From positions 155,460 to 219,459 of the forward strand of contig CAZAXH010000001.1 of NCBI GenBank assembly GCA_964489065.1: a stretch of DNA of 64,000 bases, written 5' to 3'. Made by a program: the position numbers and the translations under genes. Under the pieces are notes generated by a model, which did not search any database, was not told where the DNA came from, and saw only the letters and a list, made by a program, of their open reading frames with translations. This DNA comes from an uncultured Planctomycetales bacterium. GTDB lineage: Bacteria; Omnitrophota; Gorgyraeia; Zapsychrales; JANLHA01. Within the stretch, counting starts at the first letter, position 1, and each line of letters begins with the position of its first letter. Of the stretch, positions 39,022-49,951 are shown piece after piece.

Positions 39022-39765
39022 TCAGTTGGTTGTTAAAACATATTTCGCGGATCTGATCTTCTTTCCCAGGTGAAAAACCAGAAACGTGTTGAGAATATAT
39101 TTTAACTCTTTTTGCACAAATGGGGAATACTTTAATCGCAGGCACCCGTCCCACGGGCTGTTCTCCACATGCAGGATCGACGCCACGGTCCCCTGCGAAA
39201 TCACCCGCGCGTTCGGATCAGCTGAAAAGCATTTCGGGCAAATCAGGCCCCCTTCCTGAGGGCTGAACTTGACCCGGCCGGACACGGTCCGGCGGCACCG
39301 CAAACAAGCGTCCAAGTGGGGCCGGAACCCCGAAAACGACAGCAGCTTAATCTGGAACACGTGCACCAGCTGGTTGACATCCGTCGCCGTTTCCAGGGCT
39401 GAAAGGAAAGCCTGCATCAGCCGGTAAATTTCAGGGTTAGGCGACTCAACCGGCATCACGACGGCGACGAGCTCCAGGATATAATTGGCCGCCAGGGATT
39501 TTTTAAGATCCTGACGAATGCCGGGGAAGTAATGGCTGAGGTCGCACTGGCTCACCAGATGCAGGTCGGAATTGCGGTACTGGTAATACACGATATCGTT
39601 GATAGAAAACTTTTCCACACTGGACCCGAACTTCTTATAATCCTTGCGGATCCCTTTCAGCACGCCGCTGACCTTGCCTTCATCTTCCGTGAAGAAAGTC
39701 GCGATGCGGCTCGTTTCCCGGAAATCAAAAGACTTCAACACAATCGCTTTTGTTTTAATAATCAT
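39022..39765 (-). CDS. recO: DNA repair protein RecO
   Basis: RecO N-terminal OB fold MIIKTKAIVLKSFDFRETS. C-terminal CxxC...CxxC zinc motif. Confidence 0.85.
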   Translation of the reverse strand: MIIKTKAIVLKSFDFRETSRIATFFTEDEGKVSGVLKGIRKDYKKFGSSVEKFSINDIVYYQYRNSDLHLVSQCDLSHYFPGIRQDLKKSLAANYILELVAVVMPVESPNPEIYRLMQAFLSALETATDVNQLVHVFQIKLLSFSGFRPHLDACLRCRRTVSGRVKFSPQEGGLICPKCFSADPNARVISQGTVASILHVENSPWDGCLRLKYSPFVQKELKYILNTFLVFHLGKKIRSAKYVLTTN

Positions 39766-39815
39766 ACCTTCCTGCCTGCGTGTCTCGCCGAATGACTTGT
39801 CTTAAAAACCGCGCG

Positions 39816-40289
39816 TCAAAGCGGCAGGATCCGGCTCTTCTCCAGAATCGCCATAATCTCCCGCTCTCTCGCCCTCATTCTCTTGATATTCTGCCGGCCG
39901 TGATCATCATACCCGCACAGGTGAAGGATGCCGTGCACGACATATAAAACAATCTCCTGGGCCGGGGTGGCCCGATATTCTTTGGCCTGGCGGGCCGCCG
40001 TCATCGCCGAAATGACAATTTCGCCTTCCACCTGTTTTCCTTTCGCGGCGCCACGCGGCCGGGAGCCGTCCGCTTCCCGCAGGTCAAAGGCCAAAACATC
40101 CGTCGGGTGGTCGTGCTGGAGATAACGCCTGTTCAGGACTCTCATCTGGCTGTCCGTCACGAAGACAACCGAAAGCTCCGCCCGGGTCACGCCTTCGGCC
40201 TTAAGCACCGTCCGGATCAGGGGGAGAATCCGATGAAGAGGGAGAGGAACTTTTTTCTGCTGGTTTCTGACTTCGATTATCGCTGCCAT
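39816..40289 (-). CDS. ybeY: rRNA maturation endoribonuclease YbeY
   Basis: HGILHLCGYDH zinc-binding motif. Confidence 0.9.
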   Translation of the reverse strand: MAAIIEVRNQQKKVPLPLHRILPLIRTVLKAEGVTRAELSVVFVTDSQMRVLNRRYLQHDHPTDVLAFDLREADGSRPRGAAKGKQVEGEIVISAMTAARQAKEYRATPAQEIVLYVVHGILHLCGYDDHGRQNIKRMRAREREIMAILEKSRILPL

Positions 40290-41676
40290 TCTTTTTATCC
40301 GGATATCTCACCCGGCTGTGATACATCGCGCTTAACCCCCGGGTGAACGCAAGCGCGATCAGCTCAATTTCTTTGAGGGTTAGATCACACTCATCCAACT
40401 GCCCGTCAATAAATTTATTGTTGATAATCTTCCGCACGGTCTCTTCGATTTTCTTCGGCGTAGGATCTTCCAGGGCCCGGGTCGCCGCCTCCGTAGAATC
40501 GGCCAACAGCACGATCGCCGTTTCCTTGGTCTGCGGCTTCGGGCCGGGATAACGGAAAGCGTCCTCCTTGACGGCATCCTGACCTCCCGAATCTTCCAGC
40601 GCGCGCTGATAAAAAAAGTACATGAGCCCGGTCCCGTGATGCTGCACGATAAAGTCGTGGATCTTCGGGTTTAATTTATACTTCCGGGCCAGTTCCTGCC
40701 CTTCCTTGACGTGGTTCAAAATCACCAGGCGGCTGATGTTGGCCTCCAGCACGTCATGCTTGTTCTCGCCGCCGCCCAGCTGATTCTCGGTAAAATATTC
40801 CGGTTTAAGCATTTTCCCCACATCATGGTAATACGCGCCCACCCGGGTCAAAAGCGCGTTGGCCCCCACCGCGTCGGAGGCGGCCTCGGCGATATTGCTC
40901 ACCACGAGGCTATGATGATACGTGCCCGGCGCTTCCAAGATTAGCCGCTTTAACAACGGCTGATTGAAATCCGCCAGTTCCAGCAGGCTGAAATTGGTCA
41001 GCACCCCGAACCAGGTTTCAAAAACTTTCAGCGTGGCCATAACCACAAAAGAAGAAATCACGCCGCTCACGACTAAGGGCCGAATATATTTCAGGACAAA
41101 ATCTGAACTGACGAGAAGTTCGGTTTCATGATGAAAAATCAAGAACGCGATAATCTGAATAAGGCTCACATAAAGACCGGCGGCCATGATGTGCCCCCGG
41201 GTGCGGGCGCCTTTCACCGTATAGACCGCGCTCAGATTCCCGAGGAAGAAAACCAGCATGATGTCCATCCCGGCAAAAACATAACCGACGTCGCCGGCGT
41301 AAGAGCTGCTGGTCAACAGGAGGCTCGTGATAACGCTCGATATAAAAGCCATCAAAAACGCCAATTCCATGTCGTTATACAACAGCATAACCAGCATGGA
41401 AAAACTGGCCACCGGGACGAACAAAGCCTGAATCTCCGTCTGCTGAATGATATAATTCGTGCCGGCGACATTTAAAGATAAGAGCAGCCCCAATTGCAGG
41501 AACAGCCGGAAATCCGCTTTCTTAAGGAAAAAAATATGGACGCCCAGAAAAAGAAGCAGAAGCGGGATAATAAGGGAAAAACCCACCACCTGGCAAAACA
41601 AAATCAGGATCAGCAGGGTGAAAAAGACCAGGACCGCGTCTTTCCAAGAAACATGTGCCTGAATAAATTCTTTCAT
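40201..41676 (-). CDS. 7TM-receptor-associated HD-domain phosphohydrolase (7TMR-HD); start uncertain (41676 or 41760)
   Basis: Seven TM helices. HHSLVVSN...YHDVGK HD motif. Sits between phoH and ybeY as in many bacteria. Confidence 0.8.
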   Translation of the reverse strand: MKEFIQAHVSWKDAVLVFFTLLILILFCQVVGFSLIIPLLLLFLGVHIFFLKKADFRLFLQLGLLLSLNVAGTNYIIQQTEIQALFVPVASFSMLVMLLYNDMELAFLMAFISSVITSLLLTSSSYAGDVGYVFAGMDIMLVFFLGNLSAVYTVKGARTRGHIMAAGLYVSLIQIIAFLIFHHETELLVSSDFVLKYIRPLVVSGVISSFVVMATLKVFETWFGVLTNFSLLELADFNQPLLKRLILEAPGTYHHSLVVSNIAEAASDAVGANALLTRVGAYYHDVGKMLKPEYFTENQLGGGENKHDVLEANISRLVILNHVKEGQELARKYKLNPKIHDFIVQHHGTGLMYFFYQRALEDSGGQDAVKEDAFRYPGPKPQTKETAIVLLADSTEAATRALEDPTPKKIEETVRKIINNKFIDGQLDECDLTLKEIELIALAFTRGLSAMYHSRVRYPDKKNGSDNRSQKPAEKSSSPSSSDSPPDPDGA

Positions 41677-41704
41677 ACCGGTACCCCCCTCAAGACCGCG
41701 GGGA

Positions 41705-42661
41705 TCAAGCGACAGCCCCGCTGCGGCTGTACGCCTCGATAATCCTCTGCACCAGTTCATGGCGGACCACGTCCGCAGAGGTCAGCTCGACGAATTTGAT
41801 CCCTTCAATCCCTTCCAGAATTTTCCGCGCGTGAACCAGGCCGATTTCCTTTCCCGGAGGCAGGTCGCTTTGCGTGATGTCCCCCGTAATCACGGTCTTG
41901 GAATCAAACCCCAGGCGGGTTAAAAACATTTTCATCTGAAACGGCGTGCTGTTTTGAGCTTCGTCAAGGATCACGAAGGCGTCGTTCAAGGTGCGGCCGC
42001 GCATAAACGCCAAAGGCGCCACCTCAATAATCCCCTGTTCGGTGTATTGCTCCACCTTGTCGGGATCCATCATGTCATACAGGGCGTCATACAAGGGGCG
42101 CAAATACGGGAGGACTTTTTCGATCATGTCGCCGGGAAGGAACCCCAGGCTCTCTCCGGCCTCGATCGCCGGGCGGGTCAGAATAATCCGGCGGACCAGC
42201 CCTTTCTTCAAAGCGTTGACCGCCATGGCCATCGCCAGGTAAGTTTTTCCGGTCCCCGCCGGCCCGATGCCGAAAACAATATCGTAACGCTTGATAGCCT
42301 CGATATACTCAATCTGTCCTTTGGTTTTCGGGGTGACCAGCCCCCCTTTGGTAGGGACTTCGATCTTGCCTTTGGACAGAAGCTTAAGGTCCACGCCCTG
42401 TTCGGGTTTGCTTAACTGCAGCGCGTAAAAAATATCCCGTTTCTTCAGCTCCCGCCCGTCGGCAGCAATACCGAGCAAATAATCCATCAGCTCGTGGACC
42501 TTCTGCACCTGATCTTTCTTGCCGATCACCTTCAAACCGCTGTCATCCCGGACCAGGCGCACATCCAACTCATGCTCAATCAACCGCAGATTCTGGTCAT
42601 ACGGGCCGCACAGGACCTGCATGTCCCGGATGCTGTTTAAATAGAAGATCTTTTCCATCAC
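41705..42661 (-). CDS. phoH: PhoH-like ATPase (YbeZ)
   Basis: GPAGTGKTYLAMA Walker A. KH-like N-terminus. Confidence 0.9.
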   Translation of the reverse strand: MMEKIFYLNSIRDMQVLCGPYDQNLRLIEHELDVRLVRDDSGLKVIGKKDQVQKVHELMDYLLGIAADGRELKKRDIFYALQLSKPEQGVDLKLLSKGKIEVPTKGGLVTPKTKGQIEYIEAIKRYDIVFGIGPAGTGKTYLAMAMAVNALKKGLVRRIILTRPAIEAGESLGFLPGDMIEKVLPYLRPLYDALYDMMDPDKVEQYTEQGIIEVAPLAFMRGRTLNDAFVILDEAQNSTPFQMKMFLTRLGFDSKTVITGDITQSDLPPGKEIGLVHARKILEGIEGIKFVELTSADVVRHELVQRIIEAYSRSGAVA

Positions 42662-43263
42662 TCGACAGGAATACGGATCGTTATCCCCGGCTTGATACGG
42701 TTAGGGTCCTTGATCTTATCTTTATTCGCTTCGTAGATCTGCGGCCATTTCCGGTAGGTGTCGTAAAACTTTTTTGATATCTTCTGCAAGGTGTCGTCTT
42801 TTTCTATGGTGTATTCCGTATAGCTTCCGGCGCGGGGCGCTTCCCGGCGGGGCTCCGGCTCCCGCATTTCCGGTTCTTCGTCAAAATTCGGCAGGACCAC
42901 AGGCTCATATTTTTCCTCAACCGGCGGCCGGCGTCTTTCTTCCCGGGGCGGCGGTGTCGTGCGCTGAGGACGGGGCGGCGGCGGAGGCAAAAGCGGCTCG
43001 CTCATTTCTTCCGGCTCTTCCTCCTTGGTAAACTCCAGGACGTGCATCTGCCGGGTCTTTTTGAATTGGCTCCGGTCTTCCGGCACAGGGGTCCCGAAAA
43101 TATATCCGTAATTTCCCCCTTCCATATTCTGGTCCACCCGTTCTTTTTCCATGACATACGCGCGCGTGCGGACCGAACCCGTCCCGCTGGCGCAGCCGGC
43201 CAGGAACAAAACAACGACAAAAATACTTAGCCCGTGACTCAATTTCTTGAACATTATGTTCAC
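42658..43263 (-). CDS. LysM-domain lipoprotein
   Basis: Lipobox LAGC. Pro-rich linker. C-terminal LysM YTIEKDDTLQKISKKFYD... Confidence 0.75.
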   Translation of the reverse strand: MNIMFKKLSHGLSIFVVVLFLAGCASGTGSVRTRAYVMEKERVDQNMEGGNYGYIFGTPVPEDRSQFKKTRQMHVLEFTKEEEPEEMSEPLLPPPPPRPQRTTPPPREERRRPPVEEKYEPVVLPNFDEEPEMREPEPRREAPRAGSYTEYTIEKDDTLQKISKKFYDTYRKWPQIYEANKDKIKDPNRIKPGITIRIPVE

Positions 43264-43292
43264 CTCCTGAGTTTAACCTTTAAATATTTAAA

Positions 43293-44690
43293 TTAGCGTT
43301 CTTGATTAAGAGTCATAATATTTAATTCGGCCAACTGACGTTCACCGACACTGGATGGGGCGTCTGTGACCAGGCACGTGCCTTTCTGCGTTTTAGGAAA
43401 AGCAATGGTGTCCCGGATGGAATCAAGGCCGGCTAAAAGGCTGACCAGCCTATCAATGCCGTATGCGACTCCGGCATGAGGCGGCGCCCCGTATTCAAAT
43501 GCGCGCAAAAGGAACCCAAAACGGTCCTCAATTTCCTCCGGCTGCAATCCGAGAATATCAAACACTTTTTTCTGTATCTCCCGGCGGTGAATACGCACCG
43601 AACCGCTTCCGATTTCGTTGCCGTTCAGCACCAAGTCGTAAGACATTGCCCTTATTTTATCATACTCATTGCTTTCAAGATAGCATAAGTCTTCTTCTTT
43701 CATGGAGGTAAACGGATGGTGTTCGCTCTCCCAGCGCTGTTCCTCCTCATTATATTTAAACATCGGGAAATCCACAACCCAAAGAAAAGCGAATTCGTCT
43801 TTTTCTTTATTCTTGCGGATATCCGGTTTGTCCGATTGGTAAAGCCGTTTCGCCTCCGCGTGTGTCATGCGCGGGAACGGGACAGGCAGGTCGATGCCCT
43901 TCACTTCCTTGAAAATAAACCGGAACAACTCTTCGGTGAGGGCAAAAATATCTTCCGCCGTGACGAACGACATTTCCATATCCAGCTGGGTGAATTCCAG
44001 CTGGCGGTCGGCCCGGAGGTCTTCATCACGGAAACATTTCACAATCTGGTAATACCGGTCGATCCCCGCCACCATCAACATCTGCTTAAACAGCTGGGGC
44101 GACTGGGGCAGGGCGTAAAAATGCCCCGGGTTCAGGCGGGCCGGGACAAGAAAATCCCGTGCGCCTTCGGGAGTGGACTTGGTTAAAACCGGCGTTTCCA
44201 CGTCCATAAAATCCTTGCCGTGCAAAAAACTCCGGATGGCCGTACACAGGTTGTTCCTTAATTTAAGGGCCTCCCGCAATTTCGGCCGGCGTATATCCAG
44301 ATAGCGGTAAGTCAAACGAAGTTCTTCAGCGACCTCCACCTGATCATCAATTTCAAAGACCGGGAGCTTGCTGGGATTAAGGATGACGAGATCATCAACG
44401 CACATTTCAATTTCCCCGGTCGGGATATCCGGGTTCACATTTTTCGGCGGGCGCACGCCCACCTTCCCGGTAATCTGAATGACATATTCCGGCCCCAACT
44501 GCTGCGCCCGCTCATGGGACTCACGGCTCACCGACGGGACAAAGACAACCTGCGTGATCCCGTAACGGTCCCGGATATCGATAAAAATCAGCTTCCCATG
44601 ATCGCGCCGCCGGTGCACCCAGCCGCACAAAGTCACGGTCTGGTCTTTGTGCTCTTTCCTTAATTCTCCGCACGTGTGTGTTCTTAACAT
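43293..44690 (-). CDS. aspS: aspartate--tRNA ligase (bacterial-type motifs, lacking the GAD insertion domain)
   Basis: FRDEDLRADRQLEFTQLDMEMSF motif 2. Anticodon-binding N-terminus. Only 465 aa. Confidence 0.85.
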   Translation of the reverse strand: MLRTHTCGELRKEHKDQTVTLCGWVHRRRDHGKLIFIDIRDRYGITQVVFVPSVSRESHERAQQLGPEYVIQITGKVGVRPPKNVNPDIPTGEIEMCVDDLVILNPSKLPVFEIDDQVEVAEELRLTYRYLDIRRPKLREALKLRNNLCTAIRSFLHGKDFMDVETPVLTKSTPEGARDFLVPARLNPGHFYALPQSPQLFKQMLMVAGIDRYYQIVKCFRDEDLRADRQLEFTQLDMEMSFVTAEDIFALTEELFRFIFKEVKGIDLPVPFPRMTHAEAKRLYQSDKPDIRKNKEKDEFAFLWVVDFPMFKYNEEEQRWESEHHPFTSMKEEDLCYLESNEYDKIRAMSYDLVLNGNEIGSGSVRIHRREIQKKVFDILGLQPEEIEDRFGFLLRAFEYGAPPHAGVAYGIDRLVSLLAGLDSIRDTIAFPKTQKGTCLVTDAPSSVGERQLAELNIMTLNQER

Positions 44691-44710
44691 AATTCCTCCG
44701 CTACCTTTCT

Positions 44711-46003
44711 TTAAGAGAGTGACCGTCGGACCACCGCCACAAGGTCTGAACGAGGGATATCTTTCTGGCCCCCGTGAACCATGTCCTTAAGCGTCACGAC
44801 CCCCCTTTGCCGTTCATCTTCCCCTATAATTAAAACCAGCCTCGATCCGCTTTTCCCCGCCTGTCGCATCTGGCTCTTCATGGACGCCGGGCGGTATCCC
44901 ATATCACAGGCTATCCCCTCCCCTCGCAAAACATGCAGAAGCCGGAACGCCTCTTCACAGGAACTTTGATCCAGGGCAATCATATACACATCCATGCTTT
45001 GCGGCACCCCCGGGATCGTATTCCCCGGTACCGCCAACAGAAGCCGTTCTATGCCCAAAGCAAACCCCATCGCGTCCACTTCCGCGCCCCCGAGTTCATG
45101 GACGAGGGTGTTATACCGCCCCCCGGCGCCAAGCGCGTCCTGGCTGCCCAGGGACGGGTCGGAAATTTCGAAGACCGTGTGCGTGTAGTAATCCAGCCCC
45201 CTGACCATGGACGGCGTGCGTTCATAGCAGACGCCCAAACTGTCCAGAATACGGCAGACATCCTGAAAATACTGGCGGCTGGCCAAAGACAAATGCGTAT
45301 CGCTGATATTCAGGTGCTGAACTGTTTTTTTGCATTCTTTGTTCTTGCAATCGAGGATGCGGAACACGTTGCGGTCATAACGGCTCCGGCAGTCCTCACA
45401 GAGGGCGCCCAGAAAAGGTTTCAACGCCGAACGCAGAATCCCGGAAAAATTTTCTTTATCTTCTCTGGTTCCCAAAGAATTGATCTTCAGCCGAAAATTT
45501 TTTAAACCGAGGGCTTCAAGGATACGGACGCTCAAGGAAATCACTTCCGCATCCAGATAAGGGGTGCCGGATTGCGGCCCCATGGCCTCCACCCCGATCT
45601 GATGAAACTGCCTGAGCCGTCCTTTTTGCGGCCGTTCTCCCCGGAACATGGGGCCGATATAAAACAATTTTGACAGGGGCTCAATTTTATCTAAATTATT
45701 TTCTATATAAGCCCTGGCCACAGCGGCTGTCCCTTCCGGACGCAAAGCCAAGCCGCTTAAAGCATTATTCTCATCCTCCCCGCCCTGAGCGGCCAGTTGA
45801 AGCATCTGCTTCTGCACCACATCTGTCGCAGCCCCGATTGACCGGATAAAAAGCCCGGTTTCTTCGAAAACCGGCGTCCGTATTTCTTTGTAACCGTATG
45901 TATAAAGGGTCTTTCTAACAACTGTTTCCAGCGCTTGCCACGTCCCTGTGTCAGATGGCAGGATGTCGGAGGTGCCTCTTGGAACAAAAAATTTCTTAAC
46001 CAT
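44711..46003 (-). CDS. hisS: histidine--tRNA ligase
   Basis: GPMFRGERPQKGRLRQFHQ motif 2 and HisRS anticodon domain. Confidence 0.9.
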   Translation of the reverse strand: MVKKFFVPRGTSDILPSDTGTWQALETVVRKTLYTYGYKEIRTPVFEETGLFIRSIGAATDVVQKQMLQLAAQGGEDENNALSGLALRPEGTAAVARAYIENNLDKIEPLSKLFYIGPMFRGERPQKGRLRQFHQIGVEAMGPQSGTPYLDAEVISLSVRILEALGLKNFRLKINSLGTREDKENFSGILRSALKPFLGALCEDCRSRYDRNVFRILDCKNKECKKTVQHLNISDTHLSLASRQYFQDVCRILDSLGVCYERTPSMVRGLDYYTHTVFEISDPSLGSQDALGAGGRYNTLVHELGGAEVDAMGFALGIERLLLAVPGNTIPGVPQSMDVYMIALDQSSCEEAFRLLHVLRGEGIACDMGYRPASMKSQMRQAGKSGSRLVLIIGEDERQRGVVTLKDMVHGGQKDIPRSDLVAVVRRSLS

Positions 46004-46020
46004 AAGGTACTATTAATCTT

Positions 46021-46055
46021 AAAGGCGGAGGATGTATCACCCTCCGCCCTTTAGA
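46021..46055 (-). terminator. hairpin (8-11 bp GC-rich stem) followed by U-rich tract downstream of the HU gene
   Basis: aaaggcggagg atgtatcac cctccgccctttag; the minus-strand transcript forms the same stem followed by UUUAAGAUU. Confidence 0.4.
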
Positions 46056-46127
46056 TATGACTAAAAATATTATCTAAAGCGGCGCTTATAAAAATAAGCA
46101 GCCAATTACTATGAATGCAAAAGGAAT

Positions 46128-46400
46128 CTACTTGATCCTCTGTTTCATCTCGAGGCCAGGCTTGAAAACCACGACTTTTCTCGGCGGAACAGGCACGCTG
46201 TCCCCGGTCCGGGGATTGCGTCCAAAACGGGCCTTGCGTTCCTTCACCTTGAACACGCCGAAGTTGCGTAATTCAACCTTCTCATTACGCACCAAGCTCT
46301 CAACGATCACATCGAAAGTCTTTTGGACGATCGTTTTGACATCCACCTGCTTGATTCCGGTCATGTCGGTTATTTTTAAAACGATATCCTTTTTGGTCAT
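46128..46400 (-). CDS. hup: DNA-binding protein HU
   Basis: Canonical HU sequence with RNPRTGDSVPVPPRKVVVFKPG arm. Confidence 0.95.
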   Translation of the reverse strand: MTKKDIVLKITDMTGIKQVDVKTIVQKTFDVIVESLVRNEKVELRNFGVFKVKERKARFGRNPRTGDSVPVPPRKVVVFKPGLEMKQRIK

Positions 46401-46424
46401 TTAGTTCACCTCCTAGTCCTAAGT

Positions 46425-46453
46425 ATAGTACCAACATGATGTTAGGATGTCAA
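46425..46453 (-). promoter_or_regulatory. sigma70-type promoter for the HU gene: TTGACA-N17-TACTAT
   Basis: Minus-strand reading: cTTGACAtcctaacatcatgttggTACTATacttagg, about 25 nt upstream of the GGAGG RBS. Confidence 0.6.
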
Positions 46454-46510
46454 GCACATTTTGTGAGGCGGGTTTCATTCATACTAATCAATTTCTTTAA
46501 AAATCACCGC

Positions 46511-49500
46511 TTAAACATTCACTTTTAAACGGCTTTCTCCAACGAGTTCTTTAATTTCATTCATCAAAGTTTCGTTAGGAGTGACAAAAAGGTCTTCCCC
46601 AACAAGTATTTGGACGCTTTTTCTTGATTTTGTATTAAGATTTAAATATACCGGCGTCTTTCCCGGCGAGAGCGATAATTTACTTTTTAATTTTTCCAGG
46701 CTCTCTTCATTCAAACCCGATAAATCAACCTTAATGGCCTTGATAACTTTATATATTTCATCTATTTTCTTGATATCTTTGGCGACCAGCCCCGCGACAT
46801 CATCGCGGAAACTCACCCGACCCACCACCACAACAACATCCCCTTCCACAAGACTGGGAGCAACAGCCTGATAAGTAGAAGGAAATATCACAATCTCAAT
46901 GCCCCCTTCCAGATCCTCAAGTTTTATAATCGCCATCCGTTCATTTGTTTTACGGGTGGTCGTGTATTTAATACCGGTGATAATGCCGACCAACTTAATC
47001 TCCTGCCCGTCTGTCGCCTGCTTAAGCGTTTTAGTTGTAAAATCAGCAAACTCGCGGATTTCCGCGTGATAATGAGACAACGGATGTCCGGAAATATAAA
47101 ATCCCAACGTTTCTTTCTCATACGCAAGAATCTGGGGCTGCGGCCACTCCCGAATGTCAGGGACAGGCTCTTTTTCCTTGGAAAACCCGTTCCCCGTTTC
47201 CTCCATGTTAAAAAAAGAAAACTGTCCCGAGGCTTTATCCCGCTGCGCCTTGGCGCCCATATCCAAAACCTGGTCAATCATCGCCATAAGCTGTGCCCGG
47301 CGCAGGCCAAAACAGTCGCAGGCCCCGCTCTTGATCAAACTTTCTATGACCTTACGGTTCACAAGCCTTAAATCCACGCGCTCACATAAATCATAAAGAC
47401 TATGATAAGGGCCGTCCGCGGTGCGGTTCGCGACAATCGACTCTATCGCAGTCTGCCCGACATTTTTCACGCCCAAAAGGCCAAACCGGATCGAGAGGTT
47501 ATCCACAACATGGAATTCCGTCACGCTTTCATTCACGTCCGGGGGCAAAACCGTGATCCCCATATGGGTCGATTCCTTGACATATTCCACGATTTTATCC
47601 GTGTTATCTTTTTCGCAGGTCAGCAGGGCGCACATAAATTCCACGGGATAATTCGCTTTCAGATAAGCGGTCTGATAAGAAATCAGCGCGTAAGCAGCCG
47701 AGTGGCTGCGGTTAAAACCATACCCGGAAAAATAATCAATGAGGTCAAAAAGCTTGTTCGCATCCGATTCTTTGATGGCCGAGCTCTTCTGACAGCCGTC
47801 CACAAAAGTCCGCCGCATTTCTTCCATAACCTCTGGGATCTTTTTACTCATGGCCCGGCGCAAATGATCGGCCTGTGTCATGGTAAACCCGGCCAGGATG
47901 CTCGCCATCTGCATAACCTGTTCCTGAAAAATAATAATCCCAAAAGTTTGTTTCAGGATGGGTTCCAGCTTGGGGTGCGGGTACTTAATCTGAATCTCCC
48001 CCCGTTTCCTTTTAATAAAATCATCCAGCATCCCGCTGCCCATGGGCCCGGGGCGGTACAAAGCCAAAATAGAGATAAGATCTTCAATTTGACTGGGGCG
48101 GATTTTCTTAAGCAGTTCCCTCATCCCCGCACTTTCCAGTTGGAAGACCCCGAAGCTGTTGGCGTCGCTCAAAAGACCATACGTCCTTTTATCATCCAGC
48201 GGGACACGGCTGATATCCAGGTCTACCGAATGACGGGCCCGCACAAGCTTGACCGCCTTATCGATCACCGTCAGCGTCCGTAACCCCAAAAAATCCATTT
48301 TTAACAACCCGATCTTAGCGATCCCGTCCATGGAGAACGCGGTTGTTATCTGGCCGTCGGTCGTTTTAAACAACGGGACATATTCCGTTAACGGCCGGTC
48401 GGCAATTACCACCCCGGCGGCATGGATAGAGGCGTGCCGGTTTAAGCCTTCCAGAACCTGTGCTGTCTCCAAAATTTCCGCGGCCGTCTCATCCTCCTGG
48501 ACGATTTTTTTAAGCTGCGGCTCGACCTGCAGAGCCTGGTCAATCGTCATACCCAGCTCCGCCGGAATCAGCTTGGCGAGCTTGTCCACATCTGCGTACG
48601 GAACGCTCATGACTCTGCCGACGTCACGAATAGCCGCCCGGGCCTGCATCGTCCCAAAGGTGATAATCTGGGCCACGTTGTCCTTTCCATACTTGTTCGT
48701 CACATATTCGATGACTTCAGGCCGCCTTTCGAAACAGAAATCAATGTCAATATCCGGCATCCCCGAGCGTTCCGGGTTCAGGAACCTTTCAAACAAAAGG
48801 CCGTATTTCAAAGGATCCAAATCCGTAATACCGATCAAATAACTGACCAGGCTCCCGGCCGCCGAACCCCGCCCCGGACCGACAGGGATCCCGCGCTGCT
48901 TGGCGTAATGGATAAAATCCCATACAATAAGAAAATAGGACACAAACCCCATTTTTTTAATAATCTTAAGCTCATACTCCAAACGCTCCTGAATCGCCGG
49001 GTCGTTCCGGCCCGCGAAACGCCGCTGAATACCCTCCAAACACAACTTGCGCAGAAAATCCTCTTTGCTCTCGCCGCTGGGGATAGCATAATGCGGCAGA
49101 TGATACTGGTCAAACCTCAGTTGAAGATTACATTTATCCGCGATTTCAAGCGTGTGGCTCAAAGCTTCGGGGACCCAGCTGAATTCCCTCATCATCTGCT
49201 CCGGGTCTTTAAAATAAAACTGATCGGATTTCATCCGCATATGGTTAGGATCATTGAGAAAAGATTGAGTCTGAATGCAGAGAAGCGCTTCATGGGCTTT
49301 GGCCTGAGATTGCTCCAGGTAATGAACGTCATTTGTCACCACGCAGGGGACATTCAGTTCCGCGGAAACTTTCAACAGGCCTTCGTTCACGGTCTTTTGC
49401 TCAGGAATCCCGTGCTGCATCAGTTCCAGATAAAAATTCCCTTTTCCGAATATCTGCTGATAGTCATCGGCCGATTTCAGCGCTGCCGCGAAATCTCCCT

Positions 49501-49951
49501 GGATGAGTTTCTGGGCGACTTCGCCCTTCAAGCAGGCGGATGTTCCGAGCAGCCCTTCTTTTAACTCCGACAGAATTTCTTTATCAATGCGGGGTCGGTA
49601 GTAAAATCCTTCCAGGTATCCGGAAGAAACAAGTTTAAGCAAATTCCGATACCCTGTCTCATCTTTAGCGAGAAGGACAAGGTGGGACGGGCCGGGCTGC
49701 TGGGCCCCTTTATCAAGCCGGCTGCCGGGGGCGACATACGTTTCACAGCCAATAATCGGTTTCACGCCGTGCTTGACAGCCGTTTGATAAAAATCAATCG
49801 TGCCGAAAAGGTTGCCGTGGTCCGTTATGGCCAGGGCCGGCAGTTTATATTCCACGGCCTTTTTCACCAGCTCTTTCACCCGGCAAGCCCCATCCAGCAG
49901 ACTGTACTGGGTGTGGACGTGCAAATGGACAAAATCGGCATGATACTTCAT
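46511..49951 (-). CDS. dnaE: DNA polymerase III alpha subunit
   Basis: PHP domain FVHLHVHTQYSLLDG and polymerase core; 1146 aa. TATAAT box about 60 nt upstream. Confidence 0.95.
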   Translation of the reverse strand: MKYHADFVHLHVHTQYSLLDGACRVKELVKKAVEYKLPALAITDHGNLFGTIDFYQTAVKHGVKPIIGCETYVAPGSRLDKGAQQPGPSHLVLLAKDETGYRNLLKLVSSGYLEGFYYRPRIDKEILSELKEGLLGTSACLKGEVAQKLIQGDFAAALKSADDYQQIFGKGNFYLELMQHGIPEQKTVNEGLLKVSAELNVPCVVTNDVHYLEQSQAKAHEALLCIQTQSFLNDPNHMRMKSDQFYFKDPEQMMREFSWVPEALSHTLEIADKCNLQLRFDQYHLPHYAIPSGESKEDFLRKLCLEGIQRRFAGRNDPAIQERLEYELKIIKKMGFVSYFLIVWDFIHYAKQRGIPVGPGRGSAAGSLVSYLIGITDLDPLKYGLLFERFLNPERSGMPDIDIDFCFERRPEVIEYVTNKYGKDNVAQIITFGTMQARAAIRDVGRVMSVPYADVDKLAKLIPAELGMTIDQALQVEPQLKKIVQEDETAAEILETAQVLEGLNRHASIHAAGVVIADRPLTEYVPLFKTTDGQITTAFSMDGIAKIGLLKMDFLGLRTLTVIDKAVKLVRARHSVDLDISRVPLDDKRTYGLLSDANSFGVFQLESAGMRELLKKIRPSQIEDLISILALYRPGPMGSGMLDDFIKRKRGEIQIKYPHPKLEPILKQTFGIIIFQEQVMQMASILAGFTMTQADHLRRAMSKKIPEVMEEMRRTFVDGCQKSSAIKESDANKLFDLIDYFSGYGFNRSHSAAYALISYQTAYLKANYPVEFMCALLTCEKDNTDKIVEYVKESTHMGITVLPPDVNESVTEFHVVDNLSIRFGLLGVKNVGQTAIESIVANRTADGPYHSLYDLCERVDLRLVNRKVIESLIKSGACDCFGLRRAQLMAMIDQVLDMGAKAQRDKASGQFSFFNMEETGNGFSKEKEPVPDIREWPQPQILAYEKETLGFYISGHPLSHYHAEIREFADFTTKTLKQATDGQEIKLVGIITGIKYTTTRKTNERMAIIKLEDLEGGIEIVIFPSTYQAVAPSLVEGDVVVVVGRVSFRDDVAGLVAKDIKKIDEIYKVIKAIKVDLSGLNEESLEKLKSKLSLSPGKTPVYLNLNTKSRKSVQILVGEDLFVTPNETLMNEIKELVGESRLKVNV